DNA from: Paramecium tetraurelia
Lineage: Eukaryota
Reading direction: 5' to 3'
NCBI GenBank assembly: GCA_000165425.1
Contig: CT868681.1
Coordinates: 62,001 to 126,000 of the forward strand
DNA length: 64,000 nt
Shown here: piece after piece, positions 41,156 to 55,119 of the stretch
Numbering within the stretch: the stretch's first letter is position 1
Layout of the letters: the number at the start of each line of letters is the position of its first letter
Notes under the pieces: generated by a model
Databases searched by the model: none
Seen by the model: only the letters and a program-made list of their open reading frames with translations
What the model was told of the DNA's origin: nothing
Program-made: the position numbers and the translations under genes

Positions 41156-42290
41156 ATGGCTAATTAAAGCAATGATAGCATCTTGGACTTGAGAGACATT
41201 TGCAGCAAACCCAAGAATAGCATTCACGATAATCTCCTTTGGAAATATCAAGATACTCAATTTTCCAGACCTGCTGAATCTCAATACAATCCAGAAAGTT
41301 GTAAAATAAGCTACACCATCAAGGAATATTCCATTCAAGGAAAGCTTTTGAACAAGGATTATAAGAATATCAGAAAGATATAGCTTAAGCACGATAGAAA
41401 ATCGTATTTTGGATTGCATTTATGCTTGGAATCAATGGGCAATAAAGAGGTTTCTGTGTTTGAAGTTAATCCGATTTTGAGGAAATCAATTATTCAACTA
41501 GAAGCTGAGAATGAACGTCCAGACATCCCAATCATCAACTTCATTGAGAACAAATATAGAAATATAATTGATTAGCCTTAAATATGGATTATTGAAGTTC
41601 ATGACATAGAGGAGATTGAGGATAATGAAAAATTAACTTTAGAAGAGAGGGAATAAAAAGTTAAATAGTTGAAATCCTAAGCTACTTAACTATTCAAAGA
41701 GTAGAAATACAAGGAAGCCATTTAAGTTTATAAAAATATTCACTCCAAAATTGGATAAATTCCAAAGGCTTTGAAAAATACCATGACTCAGGAACAGAAG
41801 ACATTCTTTTAGGTTGAACTCTCAAGGGTTTATTCTAATTAAGCCATTTGCCACTTATAATTGAAAGAATATGCAAAAGCCATAGAGACATCAAAATAAG
41901 CAATGAATGATTGGGATCAAAATTTTAAAGGTATAAAATTTCATATACTCGATAGCGTATTTTATTTATGCTAAGGCTCATTTTGAAAGAGATTAAAAAA
42001 GTGAAGCTCTTGAATATTTTTAACAAATCATTCAAAAATTCCCCAATGAAGATGTTACAGAAGTACAAAAGTATTTGGATAAATGTAAACAACCCAAAAC
42101 CACAAAAAATGAGCAATAATTATATAAGAAAATATTTGAAAAATTACAGGATAAAGATGAAGATGAAATATAACGAGAATAGAAAGAGAAATTTGAGAAA
42201 GTAGAAAAGAACAGACAGACTGAAAAAATCTTAAATTCAGCCAAAAATGGGTAGTCCATTAATCATGAAGAAATTTAAAAATTATAATGA
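41156..42290 (+). CDS. FKBP-like (degenerate PPIase) plus TPR co-chaperone
   Basis: GLHLCLESMGNKEVSVFEV and WIIEVHDI (FKBP-like); LKSQATQLFKEQKYKEAIQVY, YSNQAICHLQLKEYAKAIE, NFKAYF (three TPRs); one intron. Confidence 0.75.
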
Positions 42291-42298
42291 TTTCTTTA

Positions 42299-45200
42299 TC
42301 ATAAAAATTAACTCTTGCATAAGGGGCAATCGCTTTTGTTGCTACTATGAAACCATTTCTAAATACAAGTTGAATGGAATTTATGTTTGCATGTTCTACA
42401 AGCCATCTTTGGTAATTCTCCATTCTAATGGATGATATAATAACAAATAGCACATTCCTCCAAATCTAAAATTAATTATTAAATTGATTTATACCTTAGA
42501 ATTGTTAATCAATGTTTTTCTTCCATAGTTTCAATGCAGTTAATATTGTATCATTTTCATTTTGTAAGATCATTCTTATCATTAGACTCCACTTTTTTAA
42601 TTTGTCTTCACTAATCTTAACTCCTTTCTTAGTTTCCACTTTCAAAGGTTTCAATGGAAAACCAACTGGAACTTAAATGAGGATTTCTATTTTTTATTCT
42701 TCCTTCTAATAAGTTGCAGTTATTTCTTATTGATTTTTAGAAATGAAAATATCGAAACCTTCACTACGCCATTCCTCTTAATTTAATTCAATCAATTCAA
42801 TTTCCCTTGTGTAAATTGCTTTACTGATAATCTAGAGCAAATCCTCTAATTATTTCTTTTAAGTTGTATTGCATTCCTAATTGTACCATTACTTAAAATA
42901 ACTCTATTAAGCAACAATAAATTAATAAAATGAGATGACAATCATCTTTAATAATTCAGATTGGTCATCCTAAATTACCATTAGATTTAAATCCTATTAA
43001 TAAATTTCCTTATAGTTGAATCTTGCCATGACTCCGTTGTCATTCAAGAATTATAATATATATAGAAGATTGCTCAAATAGGTAGGATACTTATCTTTGA
43101 ATTGAACACAATTCTTATTCTACAAAACAACCAGCCAAGCCAGTAAATTGGTTAATATTTTACCATCAAGAGGGAATGTTATGATATCTTCCACATCTTC
43201 TTCATCCTCTTGTCTCAATCTTCTCATTTCTTCTTTTTTCATATCAAATCCATCTAAAACTGGGCTCAAACCACTGTGATCTTATATGTTCTTTAATGCA
43301 ATAAATGCAGCCTTTTAGATACTAATGAATGGACATTAGAGTAATTGGTAATATATTGTATCATCGATCTTTTACCATTGTTCCATCTAAATACAACGCA
43401 ATAGAGTCTCTGCATATTCTATAAATAGAGTATCATTTTATTCGTCCATAAACTCTGGATTTGGATTTTCACAAAATTGAATTATTTATAATAAGGAATC
43501 TGTTAATTCGAAATTCAGATAATCTATAAATTCTATTGGAAATGCTTCAATAAAGTTCAATATCTTTCTCACAAATTAAAGTGCTGACACAATACTGAAT
43601 GAATAGAATCGTTTCAATTGAACATTCTATTAAAATAGTTATCTAAACAAATTATTAATTTATTTAATGTATGCTGCAAAAGGAGTGATGGTCTTTCTTT
43701 CACAAATTAAATTTATAAAGTCAAAAGCAACCATTTTATCATAATTTGATTCCAAATTCATCTCAAATAACAATTTTATAATCTTATCCAATTCTGCCTC
43801 ATCCTCTAATTCTAAAAGATTTGGTTATTATCTTAGCAAAAGAGTATACAGATCCAAATATGAAATCTTATTACTCTGATAATAAGTCTACAAGACATTT
43901 TGGAATTGTTGCTTCAAATCAACTACATTTATTATTTATCTGATAGTTATCAACTTATTCACATTGTTCCCATCCAAAGCTATTTTAAGTTAATCCACAA
44001 TTAGTTATGCCAATTAATCCGTTTATTTTGATCTATAGTTATTCTCTCTCTCCTCGATTATTATTTATTTAATTAGGTTTTTAAGAGCCACTCCATAAAC
44101 AATGTCAGTGTTGTTGAACAGCACCTTTATGAGATCCAAGCTTTTTGGTTCTTATTGTTCATATGAATCTAGGAAGATGGGAATTATTTGATTTCCAACG
44201 ATATTTTAGATGAATCTCTTCAACTTATGATCATACAACATGATGGATGAATAATTGGAAGCTAAAAATACAGCCAATAATTCCAATTGATTATTTTAAT
44301 ACATTTTTTTGAAGTAATCCTATGGAATTTCAATCAAAGACAAGATTTTCCATGATATGGGACTTTAAAAGTTAAAATTCAAAAACTATAATAAATCTTG
44401 GCTATTCAATTATGCAAAGAGATCTTGGAAGAAATGAAGGTGTTAATTTAAGGTATCAGTTCTTATTAATGGCAAAGTAGTTTAAAAGAATTAAACAAAC
44501 AAATCCTAATACTTTTTGTTAATTAATTTAAAGAGGAAAGTGCCTTTATGACTTTAATTCTTTAAGTACAATTGTAAGAGAACATCAAATATTAACTATT
44601 ATGGCTGTAGCTTATTCATAACGTATGATAATTCTTCGAATATTTAGAGGTAGTTTTTATCCATAGTCTTAATAACTGATTAGCCTATTTAGGTGTATTT
44701 AGAAATCAGTATATTTAAAATTTATTAATTAGCATTTTAAATGATGCAAGGAATGAATATTTTTTAGCTTAAGTTTGTGATGCTTAGGGATTAACTTAAA
44801 AACTTAGTTACAAAAGTTTCATTCTACTGTAATTGTTAATACTTAACGAATTTCTCAATGAGATTGTATTCTAACTGAGAATCTTTCATAGTTAAATACT
44901 TTTGATAAAATTATGGATCGAGACTTGCGTCAACAAGATTGTGTAAGCAAATCCATTTTAATTTGAAAGATTGCTATTCTTCTTTTGGAATTACTTACTT
45001 GTACTCTTGAGTAATGATCTTTTATAAAATGGATTCAATTAATTGTTATTGATTTATTCTTTGTAAGTTATAGATGCATATCTTAATCTAGGCACATCTC
45101 TTCAATACTTCTTCTGATGAAACCATTTCAATGGAACTAAACAAATTATTGATTATTTCCTAAATCTTTTAACCAAAGTTCTCCCTCTTAAAATTCTTAG

Positions 45201-46840
45201 AATTTGGTATGATTTCAAACAGCTAAGACCCTTTGTCAAAATCATTATTGTTGTAGATTTCATCGAAAACTGAAATCAGATACTGTTAAACAGCTTGATA
45301 GGCAGGACTCTCCTCCTTTACTTTGAGTAGCTATTAAATTATGTTCACAAACACTGAATAATCATCCAATTACAGAGTCTTGAACTCAGCGGTAATAGCT
45401 TTTATGATTTCATTCAAGAATTCTTATTATTCCTCTTTGACCTTTAAAATATTCAAGAACTACAACAAACTAGCTGGCACTTATTTATATGGACTATGAT
45501 TATATGCTTAACCACCTTATTGAGACAGAGTATTTTAGAGGACTGATCTGATTGATTGCACAATGATATTTTTAACCTATCCTAAACATTGATTATATTG
45601 CACCAGAGGAGGAATCATTCTCTTGCAAATTAGAAAGTAGAGTGTTTCAAAATAACTATTGATTAGGTTTTCTGAAAAAAATCTGCTTTCTTCATGAGTA
45701 ATACCAGACAGTATGGCATTGAGTAATTTTGTCATGGAGGCCAATTTCTATCTGTAAACCTCCTCCTTTTTAATATCAACCACGCTGTAGACAGGATTCA
45801 GAGATACAAATACGACCAATTGATCATACAATAATTTACCAACTCCAAAACCAGCTTTGGATATTAACTCCAAAGATTTATTTTCAAGGCCTTAGAGTTT
45901 TAAGATCTGATCCTATTGAACTCTTTGGAATAACTTAGTAACAAATCCTTTCCATAATGCACTTACAATCAAGCGATCTTTTTGTTCGAAGAGTTAAACA
46001 GTCTTTTTGAGCAAGGGATCGCTTTTATTGAGGACAAAGGGAGCTGATACTTCATTTGACAAGAGAAAATGGAGTGTTTCAATGATGGTTGCTACAATTC
46101 TGGTCTTCTGAGTGTTGAGCAATTCTACAATGATGGTAGTCTTGTTAGTAAAATCGAGTAGTTTCATGATTTATTCGATGAAGTCATTATCGGGATTCCA
46201 TTGTATGGCTGTTTTGATGGAGTTGATTGTTGATACTTTCAATCTCTCATAGATGTGATCAACTTTTTCATCTTCCAGATTGGATTCCTATTTGATAGTG
46301 GCTATGGAGAGGGACAGGTACAACTTCAAGTCAATTATGTATTGATCACTGCACATTTTGATAGCTTGCACTTATTTTTCTTTAGTTGGGAAGGCAACTT
46401 GAAAGGCGTTCATGGCAGCAGTTGAGATCTAATTAATGAATGAAGTGGATTGGTACTTCGGAATTGTAATCGTTGATCATAATAAACCATTGTGGAAACA
46501 ATTGTTTGAACTTCTTGGATAAGGATTTTTTTCCGTATTCACAAATTAAGGATAACACTTGATTGGCCAATTCCAAAACTCTTCTTTCATACTCATTATC
46601 AACATATCTTCTATATATATTTACAAATGTAGGTGTGAATTGATCGAAGAATTCTTGTGATTTGTTTGGCAATATAGTTTTGAGTTCCGATAGTGTTTTA
46701 CTTTTGGTTGTCTCACTCTTCTTTTGGAGACCATGAACAATCTTCTGGATTTCTGGATCTGTAATTACATCTTGCTCGATCTCCCCTTTCAAATATTGAT
46801 TAGCTAGTTAGCTGAATAGGTTTGTGGTTTGATTGATCAT
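42299..46840 (-). CDS. LTN1: E3 ubiquitin ligase Listerin (ribosome quality control)
   Basis: N-terminal LQKKSETTKSKTLSEL; RWD-like region (VPVGFPLKP); C-terminal RING GIEECAICYYIIH...CRTCKHKFHSTCIQKWF...CPLCKS. Confidence 0.92.
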
Positions 46841-47205
46841 TAATTAATTAATTATTAAAGAAATTTTATATAAGGTATTCAATATTTACAATTATAAATA
46901 AGATAGATTTTGTAAAAATCTACTTTGCTTATATTGATAAGGTATTCAAAATAATACTTAATTCCAAATAACGAATTTCCAATAAGCATATTTAGATAAT
47001 GTTTTATTAAAATTTAAATGTCTCATTCTTTTGAATACTAAATTTCTTATTATTTAGATAATCAAATATTAGAAATGAATTTTCCATTTATGGTTTCATA
47101 ATTGAGATGTGCTTTAATTTTTATGTCTCTCTAATTTAATATTTATGTCTCTTTGAATTATACTACTGATAATATTTCACACATATTGTTATTTATTTAT
47201 TAAAA

Positions 47206-48207
47206 ATGCTCAAAGTTCATGAATTCTTTTCAGTGGCCATTTAATTAGCCTACAATTCTGCAAAAATTATCAATTCAGTCAGATTGTCTAAGGATATTGG
47301 TCAAAAATGGAAAGGGGTTGATGATCCTGTCACCATAGCTGATATTTAAGCACAAACATACATAGTTTAATAATTGCATAGACATTGGTATTAGAATTGA
47401 ATTAACCAAGGCCAAAGTTAACAATAATTGGAGAGGAATCCATTTCATATTCTCAACCCATTGATTTGCCTGATACTCAACTCTAATTGTATGATGAGGA
47501 TATTTTCAATAAAACACATGACAATCATCTGATCAGAACCCAGTATGAAATTGATGATCTCTGTGTTTGGGTTGATCCTCTGGATGGCACATTGGATTTT
47601 GTCAAAGGCGATTATGAAAATGTTACAACATTGATTGGTGTTTCCTATAAAAAATAAGCCTTAATGGGAATAATCTCACAGCCTTTTATTAAAGTGCAAG
47701 AACCTCAAAACTCTCATGAATTCAAACCCAAAATCTACTTTGGTCATCATCCACAATAAAGAGTGTTCTACACAAGTGATTGCTCCTCCAAAATTCCATA
47801 AGAGTTGAAGAAACCACAATTTGATCCATCGAATGTGAGATTGTGCACTCAAAGGAACAGATTGAGCAATTAGGAATTGCAGAAGATCAAATCTTTGGGT
47901 TGCTAATTGTATCAGATGGGAGGATCAGGCAAGAAGAGTCTTACAGTTCTGGAGGGTGAAACTGACATGTTTATTTGTTTGGGCGTAGGAATGAGTAAAT
48001 GGGATATTTGTGCTCCTGAAGCTTTGTTTAAGACATTTGGTGTAAGAGCTTAAATTGTATGATAAGGGAGATTTCGTTGGATTGGCTGGTTAACATTATG
48101 AATACAATCCCAAAGATAAATCCTTTGACAATCCTTATGGAAATCTATCAAGCATCCATTCAGAATTGTTACAAAAATACTTACCTAAAACTTATGGGAT
48201 GTTGTGA
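47206..48207 (+). CDS. BPNT1: 3'(2'),5'-bisphosphate nucleotidase / inositol monophosphatase family
   Basis: DPVTIAD, IIGEE, VWVDPLDGT, GGSGKK, WDICAPEAL; two introns. Confidence 0.88.
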
Positions 48208-48234
48208 TATGTATATTAAATTTAATTAAAATTA

Positions 48235-49483
48235 ATGGGTAACGAATAAATCAAACCAAGTATTGCTCATTCAACTGAATGGACATTTATAAGAGAAATC
48301 AAATCACATCCTTTATACGGACACATCAAGGTTTACAAAGGACCCTCTGATCAATTGCAGTGCTTAAAGACTGTTATAGTCGAGGAGTCCCAATATAAAG
48401 ATCAAATGGATTCTCTCAAAAAAATGATGGTCAAGGATGTCCTATCCTAAAACCAAACAAACTGTTCTTCCTTAATTTGTATCAATCGTTTGGAAACATA
48501 AAAACAAGAAGAGTTCTGCTCAAATTATGTCAAAATATATTTAACAGCCGATTATTCAGATTAACCAATTCAATAACTAAAAGATGTTAGATCGTTTATG
48601 CTAGATATAATCCAAGCACTCTCAGTAATGGATTCACAAGGTGTAAACAATTGTCAGTTTTGTCCTGCCAAAATCCTTTAATTTGGAGATCGAGTTAAAG
48701 TTGTTAATACTTAATTATTTACAGAGATTTCTGATTATGAATAACTCTACTTTAACGAAGTGTCTAAAGATGATTGGATGATTGCACCTGAAGTAATGAA
48801 TTCTTTGAAAGTTAATTGTCCTCCTACATTCAATAGTGAATCAGCTGTTATTTTTAATTTTGGAATCATGATGATAAATTTATTAACTGGAGTTCATCCC
48901 AAAGATGCATCCATTTATGATTATAAGAATTTTGCTCTCAAAGATAATTTGTCCGCCTATGCTCATTCTATTGATTAATTACAAATACCAAGTAACAATA
49001 TTTAAATATTACTTAGGTCATATCAAATAATTAATCTAAGATTGCGTTAACGTTAAACCCACTCTCAGACCCACTTTCAAGATGATAACTAATTCATTAA
49101 AATAAATTGAAATTCCACTTCAAGTTTCACAAATTAAAAATGAGGAAGTTACCACTAATCAAATATTCAATCCTTGTTATGAAGATGTTAAGAAAGTCTT
49201 GAGTGAGTCTCACGTCAATAAGAACCTTAATTATCATAATGAATCCCCTCAGAAGATTGAGAAATAGTAGTTTATGACTGATACTCAATAATCCGCATAA
49301 TTCAGGAAATCCAAACAAATTTATAATTTAGAAAATGCTTATAACTCTAGAGCTTCAATCTAATAGAAGTAACCGATCTAACAAGCCTCCACCAAAATAA
49401 AGACTTAAGCAAAAGTATAAAAAGTGAAAAGCCCAAACAAAAAGCCTAAACCAATCAGGGCTAATGGGAATCACCAAAAATGA
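48235..49483 (+). CDS. Kinase-fold pseudokinase, putatively N-myristoylated
   Basis: MGNEQ; IAPE, AVIFNFGIMM and RPTF are present, but there is no GxGxxG, HRD or DFG. Confidence 0.75.
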
Positions 49484-49534
49484 TATTATTATATAACTAT
49501 TTTATTTTCAAATTTTATTAGCCTTCATTCTCCG

Positions 49535-50843
49535 ATGTCTGATTATCAGATTAAATATCAAGAGATCAAAGGGAGTCTAGCCCTTCTGCTGTAACAAAAT
49601 TACATTCTCAAACAATAACTCAAAGAAGCCACTCAGGAAGTGCAAGAAAAGCTATAGCTAAAAGAGGAATGGGCTTAGGAAGTGTAAAGAGTGTAAGAGA
49701 CTATACATCAATTAGCTTATGACAACCAAAGTAAAAATGAAGTTTACATTAGATTATTAGCAGGAAAACGAGTAATTAAGTAGGGAGAACTAGGAGTCTT
49801 AATATGTCATTGAACAATAAATTGAATAGATTACAACTCTCAAATAATAAAATGAAACACTCCTACTCTAATTGGATGAGAGTAGACAACAGAATTTGTA
49901 AAAGGAAATCACCATTAAATAATAGAGAGATGAATTCAATAAATAGTTAGAAAAGCATTAGTCACAGCATTACGAGGAAATCAAAAAGTTACAAGGTATC
50001 ATTGACAACTAAAGTGGATTGATCTAATCCTATGAAAAATTGAATGAAATTGAAAAACTAGACACCTAAAATTCCTTTTATTAACAACAAATGGCAATTG
50101 AGGATCAGATGATAGAGTTAAAAAATAGAAATATCATACTAACCAATAAAATCAATGAGGAGAAGTAGAAGTATGAATAGTTATATGAATAACACAAAGA
50201 TGAGGTTACAAAATTATAAGGGGTAGTTAAGGATTAGAAGGAATTACTTTCTCAATATGAAAGAATTATTGAAAGGGATAAAAAGTAAATGTAACCCAAA
50301 CCTGAGAATAATTTACACTATACCCAATCATAGGTAATTCCACAATAAGCAGTAACTCTATATTAACATGAACAATAGCCATAATAATCCTTTTAACCAT
50401 AATCACAATAGGTTTTGAGTTCACCCTTATAATATGAATAATATATTTAGCCAGCATTGTCCATATAAACTTAGCCTACATATTCATAACCTGCATATAC
50501 ATAACCTTCATAAAATTATACATAACCCATGAATACAAACATCATCTATACGTAACCTGTTTCACATAGATAACCAAAAACATTTTTTACGAATAATAAA
50601 ATTAATCATCAATTATAATAGCAATAATTAAAGGAAACAAAGAATTAAAGGGAACATCCCTTTTAAAAAAACAGTTTCCATTTGGTTGAAGGAGATGATG
50701 GCTAAAGATCTGGTCGAGAGTTCCAAGAATAGTTTTTATATAAATGTTAAAATGTTATTGGAAGAATGGAAGATAAACTGCAACAAATGTAGAGTGAACT
50801 TAATATTTCAGATGTCTCTGATAAACCAAGAAAACTCAAATGA
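49535..50843 (+). CDS. Hypothetical coiled-coil protein with Q/P/H-rich region
   Basis: MSDYQIKYQEIKGSL...; heptad-rich; ends SDKPRKLK*. Confidence 0.75.
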
Positions 50844-50876
50844 TTAAAATTTATGTATTGTTAATTTAGTTATAAA

Positions 50877-52382
50877 TCACAGCAAAAAGACATCTTGGTG
50901 TTATGCAAACGTTACTTTTTTTTTTTAACTGTCTACTCTGTTTGGATTTTTTAAGATCGAAGGTTATTTTTAATATTAATCTAATTCAAGCAGATTTGTT
51001 GATTATTAAGGCTTTTAATTAATTTTTGTTGTTTTAATTGAAGGACTAATATTATCATAATTCTATTTAATTCTATATATTTACAATATTATTTTAAAAT
51101 CCAAAGTTGAATTGCTGAGATTATTAGCTCAATTATTAAAACTAATTATGAAGTTGAAAATATTCTTATTCCTCTTATGATTCATATTATAATTAATAAA
51201 ATTAATCCTTGTTTTATTAAAGTTAATTTTCTACTTATTATTATAATTTTTAATTCTACTAGATTAAACCTTATTTAAAAGTACGAGTTCTATTAAGCTG
51301 TTTATTAATTACTCTATATTGTTCTTCCAAATTTGACAACATCGATTTCAGACTAAAAATCAATCATTCATTTACTTATCATTCTAAGCTTGCAATTAAT
51401 ACATCTCTTCTTTGTTTAAAAGTGTATTGTTTTAGTAAAATTCATTAAACTAATTTTACATTTTGTAAACTTGCTAAGTAGAATCATTAATTTATTATCG
51501 CATCGAATTCATTTCATTTTAATCATACCCTGGTAATATATTCGCATTTAATGGTTCAATTACTTATTGTATCTAGTCAAAATTTTAAACCTATTGAATT
51601 CCATTATTGGCATCTGATCCTAATCTTTATCTAGGTTAATTGAGTAGATTGGAATTGGAACCAAGTCTTTATTGAGGAACGGCATTTTGATTTGACTCCA
51701 ATCTAATCCTTGGGTTAATGGAGATTCTTGCAGCAAGCTGAAGTAAAGAATCAGGTAGCCTGGTTGGTAGAGGGTATTTACATTTACAACACAATAAAAC
51801 CAAATGAAAAGCAACAATAAATTCTCCTTTGCTTAAATGACCCTTTTCCCCAATATCACATAGATTCCATATTTCTTTTAATTTATCTTGACTCAATCCA
51901 GATTTAGAAAATAAGGCTTTTGCATGCTTACCCTTGATTGTTTAATTGCCATCTTTATCCAACTTGACAAAATAGGTTTCGTATTTTCTCATCTATTCTT
52001 CAGGGATATCGTAAATTGGATGTTAGTAACCTTAGATTTAAGGCAGGAGAGTGGGGATATTTTGTGTAAGTAATTTCTGCTCTGGATAGTAACCATCTTA
52101 GGCTAATGCAATCAATTTAAGAGCAGCAAAAAATTCATCTTTTGTGAATATCTTATCATTAGATGATGCTATCTCATATATAGTCTAATTATTGTTAAGT
52201 AGATTATTACTTTTAAGATTTGTTAATTTAAACCACTTGCCTATAAAAAATTGGTCGCCATATCTTTTCTGAGTATTCCTTAGTCCTTAAATTTCATCAT
52301 CATAAATATTTACTGTTTTATCGCAGATTGTAAAGAAATATTGGAAGGTGAGTTATTCATCAGAAGTATATTAAATTGACAT
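50877..52382 (-). CDS. EH-domain (Eps15/Ede1-like) endocytic adaptor with coiled coil
   Basis: Two EH domains (FLQASGLNQQILK...EFFAALKLI; FSKSGLSQDKLKEIWNLCD...EFIVAFHLV...LPTRLP); 3' end approximate. Confidence 0.87.
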
Positions 52383-52407
52383 TAGCTATTTATAAATATT
52401 AAAACAA

Positions 52408-54629
52408 TCAATTTTTTTCTATTTAAATATTTCGATTTATCAATTGATGGTAATCGTAAATAGAATAAATATTCTACACGACATATTAAATATAGGGCTT
52501 ATACAATTCCCCATAAATCTTGACCACTCCCTCCCATCCATACTCAATCATTATGCAAGCAGCCACACTCTCCCAGAGATCACCCATAATCTTCGGAATC
52601 TAAGTAGAATATTAATTAATTAGGTAGAACTCATTAAATTCTTCCTATCTAAGAGCCTCCAACACTTTCTCTATCTCATTTTAAGTTTCCTGACACAACC
52701 CTATAGCATATTGATGATATCCATGATACAGAGCCATCGTACCCATAAAGCCGTTATCAAGTAAGGAAATCTTAGCTGTATGTAACATGCCTGGACACAA
52801 CAATAACTTCGATTCTAATTTACCTTCTCTACACATCTATTGCTAATCTTGAGAATAATAATATTTCTCGCATTCCTTATGTACATTTGCTACAATCAAG
52901 AATTCAAGTATTGCATCTCCCAAGAATTCAAGTCTTTCGTAATCTTCAACTGTCATTGCTTCATTGAGTCGAGATAATTTGCAACCCAAAAACTATTCGA
53001 ACTTATCCAGTGATTGATTGTAAATTGAATTTTGAACAAACGGTCTTATTTGTTTCTGTAATTTCAAAGGGTATATTCCACAGTTTTTGACATCAGAAAA
53101 TTGAATTAGACAATTGCCAGTGTAGAAACTTGGAAAAACACCCTGAAATCCAAAATTAGTCAACTTAAAGAATTTGATCACATCACTGAATTCGTAATCT
53201 CGAATGTAACAGGCACCACATATAGCCTCATAAATATCTGCTTACTGTTTTCTTGATAATTTGAAATCATCCACATCATTTATTGTCGTGGTCATATGAT
53301 TTCTTACTTTTTTGTAATGTATCTTTGAATTCATTGTTCGAATTTGCAGAATTGAATACACATCGGACAAATGTTTGTTGGTGATTAATTTAATTCTAAG
53401 GGAAGACAATAGACTTTCATTATTTAATCCTTTATCTTCAAACAACATTGCTGATGTCAGATACTTAATAACTGAGTCTCCCAACATTTCTAGGTTTTAA
53501 TAGTTTCTTTCTAAGTTAGAAGATGGACATGAAATTGCTTCTTCTATTCGTTCTATCTATGCGATATTATTCATTCTATTATAGACATTCTAAGTTTTCG
53601 CAAAATGCATCATCTGACATATCAATTATGAGAATAGTCTACCAATTAAATTCACATATTCAATCCGTACAGGATAAGCGAACAGTTCACTCTCTCCAGC
53701 CAAAAATATTTATTAGCTTTTAGACACTAGAAATGAACATTTAGAAGTATTCTAACAATCTGGGCACACTAAAATAATCTAAAATGTGTATCATACTCAA
53801 ATTTTAATAATCCGCTTAATGATGCATTTAATTTATGTGTTTCATTTGTTGTAATAAATAGAATTACTAATCTCTGGTTTAATTGTTGAATTTCTTACGA
53901 ATTGCTTAGACTGAGTTCATTGAATTAGGCAGCTCTTTACTATCAAAAAATTTATATAAAGTAATGTCTAAATTGGTTACTTGATAATGCTACTAGATCT
54001 CACTTAACTCGTTGTAGATTTGATTATCGATCAGAAATCTAAAATACTCAATCAACAATGTATTTTTGTCAAAGCGAAATAAGACATTGTACAATTTATA
54101 GGGACTGTCCATATACACTAAACTATTGGATCTATAGAGTTATTTGATAGATTTGAATTTGCAATCTAAAAATTGTTGCACTTTTTGAAAGTCAATCCCC
54201 TTTTCTCCTGGAACCGTGAGTATATTCACTTAATCGCATTAATTTGGGTTAATAAAAGACTCAGTACTCCGAGCTTGTTTTGAATAAGTCTTAGCTGAGT
54301 TGTTTTAATACAAATCACAGAAAAGCAAAATATTGAAACTCACAATTGACTTAAACTATTCAATCGAAACTATCAATTTTTTTGAAGTTCTATTCGTAGG
54401 TTATATATTTGAACTAAACATGGTGAAGCCTATGAATTTCTTATAAATCGCAGTTACTTAAGTTGCTATATTCAAAGTTCCTTGGAGAGATCAAAATTAA
54501 GGATTGATCATCAACTTAGAAGTAATTCAGAAACAATAAGACCTTTGAACCCTTCTCAAAAGTAATGTAATGACTTGATATTTACGGTGGCAAATACCCT
54601 ATGGATTGAACATTAGTAGTTTCAGTCAT
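52408..54629 (-). CDS. Dicer-like protein (tandem RNase III domains, no helicase), about 721 aa, Paramecium Dcl class
   Basis: RNase IIIa QNLEMLGDS...ADIYEA; RNase IIIb ERLEFLGDA...GDLWES; two 28-nt introns give 2166 nt. Confidence 0.9.
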
Positions 54630-54761
54630 TAAGTTTATGAATATTATTTATACATAATTTTGAGTAACAAAATACTCAAATTTACATGATAAAATTAGAC
54701 AAAATATAATCAAAAACATTAATACTTCAGCTAAATTTAAATTAAGGATATTTCGACTAGT

Positions 54762-54815
54762 TAGAACAATTATGTGATGAAAATCAATACATAGAGCAAT
54801 TAAGTGATGAAAATC
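54762..54815 (+). repeat. Imperfect direct repeat with 30-bp period
   Basis: tagaacaattatgtgatgaaaatc / tagagcaattaagtgatgaaaatc (22 of 24 identical). Confidence 0.8.
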
Positions 54816-55119
54816 CTCGATTTTGAAATTGTTGAACAATTTTAGACTCTCATAAATTGGATTAGCATAAAAACATGATAATAGGAATGTTGCTAGCTAC
54901 TTAAGAAGGAGATGGTATTATAATTTGTTTAATCCTCCAAATTATGATTTTCAATTGATTGATATAAATATTGTCTTAAGTATTAATTTAGATTATGATA
55001 AATTTTGGAGGGACTTTCTGTATTGTAATTGCCCTTTCTTATTTCACCTGAATTGAAGGTATACCTAAGGATGATGGAAGAATGATTTTGATTAATTATA
55101 TTTTTGTGTTCTATAATAA

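Noticed and set aside
54774..54810. Two box C-like GTGATGA motifs (possible snoRNA)
   Set aside because: No box D (CTGA) at a suitable distance and no terminal stem.
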